A stretch of DNA of 36,367 bases from a virus. Its lineage: Duplodnaviria; Caudoviricetes. The notes beneath the pieces are model-generated. The model was not told the origin of the DNA. It did no database searches and saw nothing but the letters and a program-made list of their open reading frames with translations. Location: positions 1 to 36,367 of IMG/VR virus record IMGVR_UViG_3300038334_000116, one strand, 5' to 3'. Shown piece by piece: positions 35,616-36,367 of the stretch; positions within the stretch are counted from its first letter, which is position 1, and each line of letters starts with the position of its first letter. The position numbers and the translations under genes are program-made.

Positions 35616-36367
35616 GCTATGCCATCAGCGGATCGGCGCCCCTGCCGCCTGAACTCCTGCAGTGGTACCGCGATCTGGGGCTTGAACTCCTGGAGGGCTA
35701 TGGCATGACCGAGAACTTCTCCTTCTCCCACGCCTCTATGCCGGGTAAGTGCCGGGTCGGCTACGTGGGCAACACCTGGCCGGGCGTGGAGTGCAAGATC
35801 GGCGAGCACGACGAGATAATGGTGCGCGGCGGCGGCACTATGAAGGGGTATCACAAGATGCCCGAGGTTACGGCCGAGACCATTACGCCAGACGGATGGC
35901 TGCGTACCGGCGACAAGGGCTCGATCGATGAAATGGGACGCCTCAAGATCACCGGCCGCATCAAGGAAATGTTCAAGACCTCCAAGGGTAAGTACGTACA
36001 CCCGGTGCCGCTGGAGAACCTGCTCAACGCCAATCCCTACGTCGAAATGTCGCTGGTGCTGGGCCTGGGCTACCCGCAGCCCGTGGCGGTGATAATGCTG
36101 GCCGAGGGACTGCGCAACCGGCAGAACGATCCGGCCGTGCGCGCCGAGGCAACAGCGGCGCTGCAGGCGCTGCTCAAGGAAATCAACGCCAAGGTCGCCG
36201 AGTTCGAACGGCTCGATTTCATTGTCGTAACCAAGAACGAATGGACTGTGGACAACAGCATGCTCACCCCGACCATGAAGATCCGTCGCACGCAAATAGA
36301 GGAACTTTACAAGAAGCAGTATGACGCCTGGGCCGCAAGCGGCCAGAAGGTGATCTGGGAGGAGTGA
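35616..36367 (+). pseudogene. 3' fragment of host long-chain fatty acyl-CoA synthetase (AMP-binding) interrupted by the phage
   Basis: YAISGSAPL, EGYGMTE, GWLRTGDKG, ITGRIKE, LTPTMKIRR; the N-terminal TSGTTG motif is absent; higher GC than phage. Confidence 0.85.

Noticed and set aside
35537-36367. 276-aa ORF as an intact gene
   Set aside because: The first 26 codons are phage end sequence in frame by chance, with no clear RBS; the rest lacks the N-terminal half of the enzyme

Overview
Nearly complete Mu-like transposable (pro)phage with a non-contractile (siphovirus-type) tail, spanning 1..~35615. The left end and repressor lie outside the window. It is followed by the 3' half of a visibly more GC-rich host long-chain acyl-CoA synthetase gene, into which the phage appears to have inserted. 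Gene order: Ner-like HTH, early genes, DDE transposase, MuB/ExeA-like ATPase, Gam-like, ASCH, GemA, Mor/C activator, GH108 endolysin and holin-like gene, terminase, portal, gpF, gpG, protease/scaffold, cement, major capsid, a ~6 kb appendage/accessory block, neck, tail tube, chaperones, tape measure, minimal tail tip, and a D12-class adenine methyltransferase in the position of Mu mom. Four things stand out. (1) The gpF frame has no start codon for its conserved N-terminus and opens exactly at an A9 run ending the portal gene, suggesting a recoded portal-gpF fusion. (2) An apparently complete antisense cloverleaf sRNA gene lies in the leader of the methyltransferase. (3) The head-neck block holds two Sec-signal-peptide proteins (a fibre-like protein and an M14 metallopeptidase) and a LamG protein with 22-aa His repeats. 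(4) Many short palindromic repeats of several families occur, some inside coding sequence. All family calls come from motif recognition and synteny by eye; no searches were run.
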